Positions 17,439-27,865 of a stretch of 64,000 nt of DNA are shown here, one piece after another (position 1 is the first letter of the stretch; each line of letters opens with the position of its first letter). This DNA is from Candidatus Multivoradales bacterium (GTDB lineage Bacteria; Acidobacteriota; Thermoanaerobaculia; Multivoradales; JAHEKO01), in NCBI GenBank assembly GCA_965248055.1, contig CBDFIJ010000004.1:1024001-1088000 (forward strand), read 5' to 3'. The notes below the pieces were generated by a model. It had not been told where the DNA came from. It saw only the letters and a list, made by a program, of their open reading frames with translations, and ran no database searches. A program made the position numbers and the translations under genes.

Positions 17439-19376
17439 ATGATGTATCGCCGTCTTCTATTTGCTGCCGTTGGATCGGCCTTAGCTTTCGTCGCCACAGC
17501 CCTCGCTGCGCCCACCGACAAACCGGTACTCCACGCCCAGCATTGGCTGGCGATCACCGGTAAGCCTTTGGGAGCCAGCGCCGGAGCACAGATATTCACT
17601 CAAGGCGGCAACGCGGTGGACTCGGCTTGCGCGATGCTGGCTGCGACTTCCACCATGTGGGACACGTTGGGTTGGGGCGGGGAAACGCAGGCGTTGATCT
17701 ATCACCCAGGCGAGAAACGGGTGATCGGCATCAATGGACTAGGGGTCGCTCCCAGCGGCGCCACGGTCGAGTTTTTCCGCGAACAAGGATTACTCTACCC
17801 ACCTGAATTCGGTCCGCAAGCAGCGGTGACCCCAGGAACGCCGGGCGCGCTGATGACCATGCTGGCCGAGTACGGAACGATGTCGTTAGCCGAAGTGCTG
17901 GCCCCGGCGATGCAGATGGCTGAGGGCTATCCAGTTGAGGCGCAGCAGGCCAACAACATGGAGCGTCGGCGCGAGATTCTCGTCCAGTGGCCGAGTTCGA
18001 AAGAGGTTTTCCTACCCCACTGGGATACCTGCGCTGCGGCGAGCGAGGACGGAGTCCCTTCCGAAGACTGCCGTGTAGCCCCCTACCCAGGGGAGATCTT
18101 GCGCCAACCGGACCTGCACCGCACCTTAGCCAAACTGGTGGAGACCGAAGTCGAGGCTTTGGCTGCAGGCAAGTCGCGCAGCGAAGCAATCTACGCCGCC
18201 TATGACCGTTTCTATCGTGGAGACGTCGCGGAAGACTTGGTTGCCGCTACCCGCGAAGCGGGAGGACTGTTCACCGTCGAAGATCTGGACAACTGGCAGG
18301 TATATATCGAGGAGCCGGTGTCGGCGGACTACCGAGGCATTGAGGTCTACAAATTGACCCATTGGGTGCAAGGGCCGGTGATGCTGCAAGCTTTGAACAT
18401 GCTCAAGAAACTCGACCTAGAGCCGATGGGCTACAACTCCGCGCTCTACATCCACTTGGTCAATCAGGTGATGAACCTGGCCTTCGCCGATCGAGATTTC
18501 TACTACGGCGACCCATATTTTCCGCCCGAGGAACCGATTGAAGGTCTGCTGTCGGATGACTATGCCGCTCACCGCTTGCTCCAGATCGACTGGAAGCAGA
18601 ATGACGCGGACGCCAAGCCCGGTAATCCCTACCCGTTTCAGAACGGTGAGAATCCGTTCAGCGACCTCCTAGAGTCTTGGAGCAATATCCCGGCCACCGT
18701 GGACGCAGAAGGAAAGGAGAGCTGGCAGCAGACCTTGCTTCCTCCGAATGGAGCCACACCCCGCGGTTCGATGACCGCGGACGAGGCGTTCGTCGCCGGC
18801 ACCACTTCGATCCAAGCCGCCGACGAGCAAGGATGGGTGGTCTCGATCACCCCGTCCGGCGGTTGGATTCCCGCGTTTATCGCCGGGGATACCGGCATCG
18901 GCTTATCGCAGCGGATGCAGAGCTTTGTTTTGGACGAACGGCTCAATCCCTACAACTTGTTGGAACCGGGAAAGCGGCCCCGCGCCACCCTCACTCCTGG
19001 CATGGCACTCAAAGACGGCAAGCCGTATCTCTCGTTTGCCGTCCAAGGTGGTGACACCCAGGATCAGAATCTGCTGCAGTGGTTCTTGAACGTGGTTGAG
19101 TTTGGCATGAACGCCCAGCAAGCCGCCGAGGCTGCCAACTTCAACTCCTACCAAATGCAGTCCAGCTTCGGCGCCCACAACGCCGAGCCGGGACGTTTGG
19201 TGGTGCGCGAGGACCTGCCGGTGTGGGTCACCGACAAGCTGAACGAAATGGGCTATTCGGTGGAAAAGAGAGCCAAGACCTCGGGACCGATTACTGCCAT
19301 TGTCTTTGACCATGAAACCGGGACCATGTGGGGAGCGGCGAGTGACTTTGGGGAGGACTATGGGGTCGGGTGGTAA
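17439..19376 (+). CDS. ggt: Gamma-glutamyltransferase family protein (exported)
   Basis: GGNAVD, FYRGDVA, LAFADRD, TTS nucleophile region, PGKRPRATLTP. Confidence 0.88.
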   Translation: MMYRRLLFAAVGSALAFVATALAAPTDKPVLHAQHWLAITGKPLGASAGAQIFTQGGNAVDSACAMLAATSTMWDTLGWGGETQALIYHPGEKRVIGINGLGVAPSGATVEFFREQGLLYPPEFGPQAAVTPGTPGALMTMLAEYGTMSLAEVLAPAMQMAEGYPVEAQQANNMERRREILVQWPSSKEVFLPHWDTCAAASEDGVPSEDCRVAPYPGEILRQPDLHRTLAKLVETEVEALAAGKSRSEAIYAAYDRFYRGDVAEDLVAATREAGGLFTVEDLDNWQVYIEEPVSADYRGIEVYKLTHWVQGPVMLQALNMLKKLDLEPMGYNSALYIHLVNQVMNLAFADRDFYYGDPYFPPEEPIEGLLSDDYAAHRLLQIDWKQNDADAKPGNPYPFQNGENPFSDLLESWSNIPATVDAEGKESWQQTLLPPNGATPRGSMTADEAFVAGTTSIQAADEQGWVVSITPSGGWIPAFIAGDTGIGLSQRMQSFVLDERLNPYNLLEPGKRPRATLTPGMALKDGKPYLSFAVQGGDTQDQNLLQWFLNVVEFGMNAQQAAEAANFNSYQMQSSFGAHNAEPGRLVVREDLPVWVTDKLNEMGYSVEKRAKTSGPITAIVFDHETGTMWGAASDFGEDYGVGW

Positions 19377-19429
19377 GAATGACGAGCACGGGCCATCATC
19401 AACGCCCCTTGGACGTCGGAGAATACGCG

Positions 19430-19610
19430 GACAGATCCCGGCTCCCCTCCCCCACCCCCGCCGGGATGACGGAGGCGGCGCTCCCCGAAATGACTCGGGT
19501 TGAGGCGCCCGCCGGAACGACATGAGCATGAGACGGGCTTGCCCTCGGTCGAGGGCGTCATTCCCGCGGGCGGGAGTGCCCGGACCGGAAAGCCGAGGGC
19601 GGGAATCTGG
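19430..19610. repeat. CGTC-type REP elements between ggt and mazG
   Basis: AGATCCCGGC..CCGCCGGGATGACG and GTCATTCCCGC..GCGGGAATCT. Confidence 0.75.
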
Positions 19611-19634
19611 TGGACGATGAATATCCAATAGCTA

Positions 19635-20444
19635 ATGAAGAGACCACCCCAAAGAGATCCGGTGATCAGCGGCGAGACCTCCATCGACCGGCTTCGCGCC
19701 CTCATCGAACATCTGCGCGGACCCGACGGCTGTGCCTGGGACCGAGAACAGACTGTGCAATCGGTGCGCGCCAATCTGCTGGAGGAAGCGCACGAAGTCG
19801 CCGCAGCAATCGACGGCGGTGACAACGACGAACTGCGGGAAGAGCTGGGCGATCTGCTGTTCCAAGTCGCGTTCTTGGCGCGCATGGCTGAGGAAGAAGG
19901 GATCTTCGATTTCGACCAAGTCGCCAATGAAGTAGTCGACAAGATGATCGCCCGGCATCCGCACGTATTCGGCGATGAGGTCGCCGAGACCGCCGCCGAA
20001 GTGCGTAAGCAGTGGGAGCACCGCAAACAGGCAGATCGAGAAGATAAGAGCGGAACCAGATCGGCGCTGGATGGCGTTCCCACCACCCTGCCGGCACTCA
20101 CCGGCGCCTATCGCCTGTCACAGAAAGCAGCAGCGCTGGGCTTTGATTGGCCGGACATCGAAGGCGTCCTCGACAAACTCACGGAAGAATGTCGCGAACT
20201 GGCCGAAGCCGAGACTGCGGATGAAATCGCCGATGAATTTGGTGATGTGCTGTTCAGTTTGGTTAACCTAGCCCGACACCTGGGGCTGGAACCAGAGGGG
20301 GCCCTGGCGGCGGCCAACATTAAGTTCCGCACCCGCTTTGGGAAAATGGAAGAGATAGTCGCCAACGAAGGGGATCGAGTCTCGGATCTAACGTTAGATC
20401 AGCTTGAGGACCTCTGGCAGAGGGCCAAACAGAGCCTCGATTAA
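19635..20444 (+). CDS. mazG: Nucleoside triphosphate pyrophosphohydrolase MazG
   Basis: LRGPDGCAWDREQT, EELGDLL, RHPHVF, GFDW, EFGDVLF. Confidence 0.95.
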   Translation: MKRPPQRDPVISGETSIDRLRALIEHLRGPDGCAWDREQTVQSVRANLLEEAHEVAAAIDGGDNDELREELGDLLFQVAFLARMAEEEGIFDFDQVANEVVDKMIARHPHVFGDEVAETAAEVRKQWEHRKQADREDKSGTRSALDGVPTTLPALTGAYRLSQKAAALGFDWPDIEGVLDKLTEECRELAEAETADEIADEFGDVLFSLVNLARHLGLEPEGALAAANIKFRTRFGKMEEIVANEGDRVSDLTLDQLEDLWQRAKQSLD

Positions 20445-20556
20445 GACTCATGAACGGGAGGGGATGACCCCCTCCCCTGCCTTAAGAAAATAGTTTGTGG
20501 AGATAAACGGATCGCCTTTGCGTGTTTCTCGTAGGGAGAGGGCCGCGATCGCCTCC

Positions 20557-21365
20557 GACTCACTCGTCATCCCCGAAGGGCGGGGGTTTGGCGGTCAGGG
20601 TCTTACAAGCGAAAAGACTACCGACGGATTACGTGACTGGCTGAGATCCCGGCCCCCCGCCCTCACACCCGCCGGGATGACGAGGGCTACCCGCGGCCGG
20701 ATGACGAAGGAAGTGCCTGCCGGGATGACAAGGGAAATGTACGCCGAGATGACGGAAGCGGTACCCGCCGGACGACTCATCTGTGTCATCCCCGAAGGGA
20801 GGTGGCTCCGGGGGGCGGGAATCTTTCAAGCGCAGGGTCACCGACGGATTACCTGGTTGGCTGAGATCCCGGCCCCCCGCCCTCACACCCGCCGGGATGA
20901 CGAGGGCTACCCGCGGCCGGATGACGAAGGAAGTGCCTGCCGGGATGACAAGGGAAATGTACGCCGGGATGACGGAAGCGGTACCCGCCGGACGACTCAT
21001 CTGTGTCATCCCCGAAGGGAGGTGGCTCCGGGGGGCGGGAATCTTTCAAGCGAAGGGTCACCGATGGATTACCTGGTTGGCTGAGATCCCGGCCCCCCGC
21101 CCTCACACCCGCCGGGATGACGAGGGGTACCCGCGGCCGGATGACGAAGGAAGTGCCTGCCGGGATGACAAGGGAAATGTACGCCGAGATGACGGAAGCG
21201 GTACCCGCCGGACGACTCATCTGTGTCATCCCCGAAGGGAGGTGGCTCCGGGGGTCGGGGATCTTTCAAGCGAAGGGTCACCGACGGATTACCTGGCTGA
21301 GATCCCGGCCCACCGCCCGCACACCCGCCGGGGTGACGAAGGAAGTGCCTGCTGGAATGACGGAA
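20557..21365. repeat. Tandem array of ~220-bp composite palindromic units (x~3.6)
   Basis: GTCATCCCCGAAGGG at 20566, 20785, 21005, 21225. Confidence 0.95.
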
Positions 21366-21404
21366 GAGGCGCAGGCGCCTGCTTTTCAAGCATCTACTTA
21401 TCGA

Positions 21405-21833
21405 CTACGCGAAATGCGCCTGCAGTGCTCCCAGCAATGCCTGATAGATCGGCATGCAAAATTCGTGGGTGTCTGCGTCACTGGCGGTTTGGTAGTTACT
21501 CTGCCACTCAACGAAGGTCCGCTCTCCGATCGTCACTGGCAAGACTCGGATACTGCCCACGTAGCGGACAATGTTCGCTGCCTCTAGGGGACCAGGGCCA
21601 TCGTCGATGGTGTACTGCAGGGTTCGGTATTGGTCGTCGAGCCCGATCAAGGTCTCGTGGAACACGCCATTTAAAACCCGTTTGGCGCCAATTTGATCGG
21701 CGGCGGCTCCGCCGGTCGGCTCGTTACTCTCCAAGACTCCCGCTGCCCAATCGGTATTGTGAAAATTCCGTAGCGCAGCCCAGACATCGTCGACCGAAGC
21801 GTTGACTACACAACTGTTGTAACAGTGACCCAT
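21405..21833 (-). CDS. SRPBCC/polyketide cyclase-family protein (cargo gene)
   Basis: VNASVDDVWAALRNFH, GAKRVLN, ETLIGLDD..LQYTI, TFVEWQSNY. Confidence 0.85.
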   Translation of the reverse strand: MGHCYNSCVVNASVDDVWAALRNFHNTDWAAGVLESNEPTGGAAADQIGAKRVLNGVFHETLIGLDDQYRTLQYTIDDGPGPLEAANIVRYVGSIRVLPVTIGERTFVEWQSNYQTASDADTHEFCMPIYQALLGALQAHFA

Positions 21834-22323
21834 CTTCCCCCCTTCCGCGGTGTCGCGGAGATGTTGTGACCGGAGAGTACCCCGACTTTGATCATGCAGC
21901 CGCCGCTCGTCGGCGACCTAGTGAGGGCAATACGGGTTGCTGCGGTGACAAGATTTATGGAATGAGCATGCTGTGAAAAGGGATTAATCCCGCTCCGTCG
22001 TGGCTGCGGAGAAGCACCTGTGGAAAGAGGCTGTGCTTCTCGCCCAACTCGCGAGGTAGACGGCGCATCGAGATCCTTCGACTCCCCTCTAAGACTCGGG
22101 TCGCTGAGGATGACAATAATTAGCGACACCGAAACACCAACCTCTCAATTTTGCCGCCGACCGCGGGGTGGAATGTGTCCGCTTACCCCAGAGAAAGTGG
22201 TTCATCCTTGATCGCTGTAAAACAATTCCCGGTGATCGTGGGAGGGGATAAACCCCTCTCCACATAAGGATTGGTTCACGGTTGACAACGCCGACGATCC
22301 TCTTGTCGTGGCGGGGCCTGGAT

Positions 22324-22400
22324 TCTCGGACCTGACGTTAGATCAACTTGCGGACTCCTGGCAGAGGGCGAAACAGAGCCTCGATCTTGACTGGTAAACG
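22324..22400 (+). pseudogene. Orphan copy of the mazG 3' end
   Basis: SDLTLDQLADSWQRAKQSLD vs mazG SDLTLDQLEDLWQRAKQSLD*. Confidence 0.85.
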
Positions 22401-22410
22401 GGAAGGGATA

Positions 22411-23505
22411 ACTCATCTGTGTCATCCCCGAAGGGCGGGGGTTTGGCGGTCGGGGATCTTATGAGCGAAGGGATCAGCGACCGATTACGTACTGGACTGA
22501 GATCCCGGCCCCCCGCCCTCACACCCGCCGGGATGACGAAAGCGGGCCAGCCGGGATTACGGAGACGGTACCAACGGGAATTACAAAGGTGTGCCCGCCG
22601 GAATGACTCATCTTCGTCATCCCCGAAGGGCGGGGGTTTGGCGGTCGGGGATCTTATGAGCGAAGGGATCAGCGACCGATTACGTACTGGACTGAGATCC
22701 CGGCCCCCCGCCCTCACACCCGCCGGGATGACGAAGGCGGGCCAGCCGGGATTACGGAGACGGTACCAACGGGGATTACAAAGGTGTGCCCGCCGGAATG
22801 ACTCATCTTCGTCATCCCCGAAGGGCGGGGGTTTGGCGGTCGGGGATCTTATGAGCGAAGGGATCAGCGACCGATTACGTACTGGACTGAGATCCCGGCC
22901 CCCCGCCCTCACACCCGCCGGGATGACGAAGGCGGGCCAGCCGGGATTACGGAGACGGTACCAACGGGGATTACGAAGGTGTGCCCGCCGGAATGACTCA
23001 TCTGTGTCATCCCCGTAGGGAGGGGGTTTCGGGGGGTCGGGGATCTTTCAAGCGAAAGGACTACCGACGGATTACGTGACTGACTGAGATCCCGGCCCCC
23101 CGCCCTCACACCCGCCGGGATGACGAAAGCGGGCCAGCCGGGATTACGGAGACGGTACCAACGGGAATTACAAAGGTGTGCCCGCCGGAATGACTCATCT
23201 TCGTCATCCCCGTAGGGAGGGGGTTTCGGGGGGTCGGGGATCTTTCAAGCGAAAGGACTACCGACGGATTACGTGACTGACTGAGATCCCGGCCCCCCGC
23301 CCTCACACCCGCCGGGATGACGAAGGCGGGCCAGCCGGGATTACGGAGACCGTACCAACGGGGATTACGAAGGTGTGCCCGCCGGGATGACGAAAGCGGG
23401 CCAGCCGGGATTACGGAGACGGTACCAACGGGAATTACAAAGGTGTGCCCGCCGGGATGACGAAGGGTGCGCCGGGGCAAGCTCTCACACCGCCGGGGTG
23501 ACAAG
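22411..23505. repeat. Tandem array of ~195-bp composite palindromic units (x5 plus sub-repeat tail)
   Basis: GTCATCCCCG at 22421, 22616, 22811, 23006, 23203. Confidence 0.95.
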
Positions 23506-23533
23506 CGCCCACCACCTGGCAAACAATGGCGCG

Positions 23534-26005
23534 ATGCGTATCGATGCCCAAGCCAGTCGCATCGAAGTTTCGGTCGCGGATCTGATCGAGTCCGGTTCCA
23601 GGGGGAGTCTGGGGTTCGGTCAGCGCGGCGGCTATGAGCGGATGTGGATCGGCCAGGCGATCCACACTCGTTATCAAGAGCAACAGCATAACGACGACCC
23701 GAGTTATCAAAGCGAGCTCGGGATCAAATCCACGGTTGTCATTCGGGGCTGGGAGGTCACGGTGCGCGGTCGCATCGACGGCCTGCGGCAAGAACCTAAT
23801 GGCACAGCCGTGGTGCAAGAGCTCAAGTCAGTGCGGCGAGACCGACCACCCTCCGAGGCAACCCTGAAGATGTATCGGGAACAGGCGGCAGTCTATGCCT
23901 GGATGCTGTCTCAGGAGCAGGCGCAAGAGCAGGCGGATTCTTCGGAAGAGGAATCCGACGACGCTCCAGAGACTTCAACAACTTCGGCCAAGGTCGATGC
24001 CGAGCTGGTGCTGATCGAGGTCGCCTCCTATGAGGCTTTGATTGAGCCGCTGGAATTGAACCTTTCCGAGGTCGACACTTGGGTTCGCAAGCGGCTACAG
24101 CGGATGGTGGGACAAGCGCAGCAAGCACAAGCAGAGAGAGACACTCGGGCCCGTGCCGGCCGCCACTTAGTTTTCCCCCATGACCAGACGCGACCTGGGC
24201 AGCAAGCAATCATCAAAGCCACCGAGCGGGCAATCGAGCAACAAGAGCATTTGTTGATCGAGGCGCCGACCGGGTTGGGTAAAACCGTAGCCGCGCTCTA
24301 TCCAGCGGTCAAAGCGGCGTTAGAGGACGATTTAAAGGTTTATGTGCTGACCGCCAAGAATCTGCAGCAAGAAATGGCGCTCAAGGTGATGGAGATGCTC
24401 AACGTAGAGCAGAGCTTCTCCAGTCTGCAGGTACGGGCCAAAGCACGGATGTGCGCCAACGACGAAATCGTCTGTCACGAGGACTACTGCCGTTTTGCTC
24501 GCGATTACTTCGGCAAGCTGCACGCCAGCGGCTTAGTGGATCAATTGGCGGACGGATCGACAGTTCGGCCCGATACGGTGTTTGAGGCAGCCAGTCAGTT
24601 GGAAGTCTGCCCGTTTGAGGTCAGCCTGGAGTTGGCGCGTCGTTGCCATACTGTGATCGGCGACTACAACTATGCCTTTGATCCCTATGTCGCCCTGCGC
24701 GACTTCGGACCGGAAGGCAATCTCGAAAACTCGATTTTGATCATCGACGAGATCCACAATTTGGTGGAACGCGCCCGCGGTTATTGGAGCCCCGAGCTCT
24801 CCAGCAAGTCATTGCGCATAGCGGCGGGATTTGTCGCTGCGCAAGGGTCAACCGGGCCAGCCATAGCCCATCTCATCGGCCAACTTGCTTCGCGTATTGA
24901 GGAAGACGTCGACTTCGCCTTTGAGGACCACCCGCCACAGATCCAAGAAGTCCAAGGGGAGCTAGCCGCCGACGCCTTTGCCCTGCTGCGCCCCGATTTT
25001 GATGACGCTTTCTTGGATCACCTGGAGTCGATGCGGGCTTCTAAGGCAATGACCGCCGATGACCCGATCCGCGATCAGTACTACGGATTTCAGCGTTTCA
25101 TGGACACCGCCCGGGAGGCCGATGACCAGACTTTTTCCACCGTGTTTCGCCGGGATGGTGAGGATCGACGCATCCAGATCTTCTGTTTGGACCCGAGCCG
25201 TTTTCTCAAACGCATCTTTGAGCGCAGCCGTGCGATCATCGGGCTCTCGGCCACCCTGTCCCCTCCTGAGTTCTATCGCGACCTACTTGGGCTGGATCAA
25301 GATCGCTGGACATTCGAGAAAGTCGAGAGTCCCTTTCCCGAGGAAAACCGAAGGGTGGTGATCGACGATGAGGTCTCAACCCTGTGGCGTGATCGCCCTG
25401 ACAACTACGGATTGATCGCCGAACGCCTGGGAGATTTCGCCTCGGCAGTACCCGGCAATGTACTGGCACTGTTTCCGAGCTATCAGTTTCTGGCTGAAGT
25501 GGCGCCGCGGATGCACCTGGATGGCAAGCGCATCGCAGTCCAAGAACAGGCCAACAGCGCCAAAGATCGTGACCGGCTGCTGGACACCCTGCGAGATGGC
25601 ACCGGGAACGTGCTGCTGCTGGCGGTCGCTGGAGGGGTGTTCGCCGAGGGCGTCGACTATCCGGGCGAGATGTTGAAAGCGGTGGCGGTGGTCGGTCCGG
25701 CACTACCGCCGGTATCGCTCGAGCGTGAACTGCTCAAACGCTATTACCAGGAGCAGTTTGAGCGCGGCTTTGAATACTCCTTCGTACTTCCCGGTATGAC
25801 CCGGGTGGTGCAGGCTGCGGGACGATTGATCCGTTCCGACACCGACACTGGGGTGATCGCGCTGTTTGGTCATCGCTTCAAACGCGCCCCGTATCTGGAT
25901 TACCTGCCGGAGGAGTGGTTTGTCGATGGGGACGTTGCAGCCAGCATCGGTACTCCATCGGTGGCCACAGCGAAATTTTTTGCTGGGCTTGAAGTCGAGG
26001 CGTAG
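23534..26005 (+). CDS. DinG/Rad3-family Fe-S helicase with N-terminal Cas4-like PD-(D/E)XK nuclease domain
   Basis: GQAIH, RGRIDG..ELKS..Q...Y nuclease motif; EAPTGLGKT, four Cys, DEIHN, SAT, FPSY, EGVD, QAAGRLIRS; ATG 23534 (track start 23375 lies in repeats). Confidence 0.9.
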   Translation: MRIDAQASRIEVSVADLIESGSRGSLGFGQRGGYERMWIGQAIHTRYQEQQHNDDPSYQSELGIKSTVVIRGWEVTVRGRIDGLRQEPNGTAVVQELKSVRRDRPPSEATLKMYREQAAVYAWMLSQEQAQEQADSSEEESDDAPETSTTSAKVDAELVLIEVASYEALIEPLELNLSEVDTWVRKRLQRMVGQAQQAQAERDTRARAGRHLVFPHDQTRPGQQAIIKATERAIEQQEHLLIEAPTGLGKTVAALYPAVKAALEDDLKVYVLTAKNLQQEMALKVMEMLNVEQSFSSLQVRAKARMCANDEIVCHEDYCRFARDYFGKLHASGLVDQLADGSTVRPDTVFEAASQLEVCPFEVSLELARRCHTVIGDYNYAFDPYVALRDFGPEGNLENSILIIDEIHNLVERARGYWSPELSSKSLRIAAGFVAAQGSTGPAIAHLIGQLASRIEEDVDFAFEDHPPQIQEVQGELAADAFALLRPDFDDAFLDHLESMRASKAMTADDPIRDQYYGFQRFMDTAREADDQTFSTVFRRDGEDRRIQIFCLDPSRFLKRIFERSRAIIGLSATLSPPEFYRDLLGLDQDRWTFEKVESPFPEENRRVVIDDEVSTLWRDRPDNYGLIAERLGDFASAVPGNVLALFPSYQFLAEVAPRMHLDGKRIAVQEQANSAKDRDRLLDTLRDGTGNVLLLAVAGGVFAEGVDYPGEMLKAVAVVGPALPPVSLERELLKRYYQEQFERGFEYSFVLPGMTRVVQAAGRLIRSDTDTGVIALFGHRFKRAPYLDYLPEEWFVDGDVAASIGTPSVATAKFFAGLEVEA

Positions 26006-26084
26006 AGACGGCGGGTCGGGTTCTTTTTGTCGCGCCCATCGAACCTTTTGTGCCCGGCGTTTAACAGCCGCGCGCACTGGCGCA

Positions 26085-26830
26085 TTGAGATCCTTCGACT
26101 CCCTTCACTGCGCTCCGGTCGCTCAGGATGACAGGGAAAAGCGGGAGGATGCCCCCCTACAGATGGATCGTTGCTTGTCTTTCACGACTGGTTAGGTGAC
26201 CAATTCGTCATCCCCGAAGGGAGGCCTTCTTGAGGGTCGAGAATCTTTCAAGTGAACGACTCAGCGACGGACTTGCGTACTTGAAGAAGATCCCGGCCCC
26301 CCACCCCCACACCCGCCGGGATGACGAGGGAGGGGGTCGGCGAGAGGACTCATCGATGTCATCCCCGAAGAGAGGGGGTTCTGCGGGTCGGGATCTTTTT
26401 GGCGAACGGATCTCCGACGGATCACGCACTTGGCGGAGATCCCGGCCCCCCGCCCCCCCGGCTCCACATCCCCGTCGCGCCGGGGCAGGCTCTCAGTCCG
26501 CCGGGATGACGAGGGAGGTGCTTTGGGATGGCGAAGGGAGGGCCGGCGAAATGACTCTTCGGTGTCATCCCCGAAGAGAGGGGGTTCTGCGGGTCGGGAT
26601 CTTTTTGGCGAACGGATCTCCGACGGATCACGCACTTGGCGGAGATCCCGGCCCCCCGCCCCCCCGGCTCCACATCCCCGTCGCGCCGGGGCAGGCTCTC
26701 AGTCCGCCGGGATGACGAGGGAGGTGCTTTGGGATGGCGAAGGGAGGGCCGGCGAAATGACTCTTCGGTGTCATCCCCGAAGGGAGGGGGTTTCGGGGGT
26801 CGGGGATCTTTCAAGCGAAGGACTCAGCGA
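26085..26830. repeat. REP element plus array of composite units (206-bp period)
   Basis: GAGATCCTTCGACT..GCTCAGGATGACA at ~26087; GTCATCCCCGAAG at 26207, 26358, 26564, 26770. Confidence 0.9.
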
Positions 26831-26851
26831 CTTACCGCCTCCCGTCTTCGA

Positions 26852-27748
26852 TCAACCCGGCGCGACGACGCGCAGGCCTTTGGGCACCACGCTGATCTCA
26901 ACCGGATCTTGGCCGACCTCAAGCATCGACTCACCGTCGCCATAGATCGGCAGGGTATGGCTCAGAGAAAGCTTCACTTTGCTGCTGCGGACCATTTCCA
27001 CCGCTGGATGGTCGACGTGCTTGCCGTCGTAAACCTTGAGCAGCAGTGGTATCAGTTTGGGTTTGAAGGTTCGTTTGATCCACACCAAGTCCAGCAAGCC
27101 ATCGTCGACTTTGGCCTGGGGCGCGATCTTCATCCCGGCGCCGAAGCGCCAGCAGTTGGCGGTGATAAAAGACATGCCTTCGCCGTGCCAGACCCCGGCG
27201 TCGTGTTCGATGGTGTAAACCGGGGGCTTGAATCCGGCCAGGACCGCGACCGCTGCCAGCGGATACCCCAAGGCACCGCGAAACACTCGCTGGCGGTTGG
27301 CCAGACGAGCCGAGAGACTGTCGATGCCAACCCCACAGTGGACTGCAAAATATACTTGTCGGTCGTGCTTGTCGTCGACCCGTCCAAGGTCTACTCGTCG
27401 AGTTCGACTCTCGACCGCCAGACCCAACGCGATGTCCAAGTTTTCTGGAATTCCTACCGAAGTGGCGAAGTCATTGCCTCGACCCAACGGAATCGGCGCC
27501 AAAGCAGTTTCTGAGCCGGCCAGCTCCTGCACCGCGTAGTGAACCGACCCATCTCCTCCCACCACCACCACACGCTCTTGACCTCGATCGCGAGCGACAG
27601 CAACCGTCGCACGTAGATCGGCGGCACTGTTGGTGAGATGAAACTCCGCTCCTACCCGACGAGCACACTCTCTCAGGCTGGATAGACGCGCCGCCACCTT
27701 CCCCCGACCGGAGGTTGGATTGACGACGAATTGAATTTTGGACTGCAC
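26852..27748 (-). CDS. Diacylglycerol-kinase-family lipid kinase (YegS/BmrU-like)
   Basis: NPTSG, VGGDGS, IPLGRGNDFA, FGAGMKIAP, DDGLLD, GDGE. Confidence 0.92.
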   Translation of the reverse strand: MQSKIQFVVNPTSGRGKVAARLSSLRECARRVGAEFHLTNSAADLRATVAVARDRGQERVVVVGGDGSVHYAVQELAGSETALAPIPLGRGNDFATSVGIPENLDIALGLAVESRTRRVDLGRVDDKHDRQVYFAVHCGVGIDSLSARLANRQRVFRGALGYPLAAVAVLAGFKPPVYTIEHDAGVWHGEGMSFITANCWRFGAGMKIAPQAKVDDGLLDLVWIKRTFKPKLIPLLLKVYDGKHVDHPAVEMVRSSKVKLSLSHTLPIYGDGESMLEVGQDPVEISVVPKGLRVVAPG

Positions 27749-27768
27749 GAGACTCTGTTTCCACGAGA

Positions 27769-27828
27769 CTATGTTCTCGATGGCAGTGTTCTCGCTGGCA
27801 GTATTCTCGTTAGCAGTGATCTCGTGGC
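27769..27828. repeat. Degenerate 15-bp tandem repeat (GTGTTCTCGNTGGCA x4)
   Basis: Intergenic between rpsD and the lipid kinase gene. Confidence 0.7.
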
Positions 27829-27865
27829 GGCGCTCTTGACGGCGCTCCCGTTGACTAGCCGCTAC

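Noticed and set aside
20557-23505. CRISPR array
   Set aside because: Units are ~200 bp, fillers are near-identical between adjacent copies, and there are no cas genes; these are REP-like tandem arrays
20497-23533. Long ORFs across repeat arrays (e.g. 20783-21805, 22419-23018, the 23375 start of the helicase)
   Set aside because: By-products of GC-rich repeats (195-bp period is a multiple of 3); open on both strands with no protein motifs
23534-26005. Type IV CRISPR CasDinG/Cas4 locus
   Set aside because: No csf/cas genes or true array nearby
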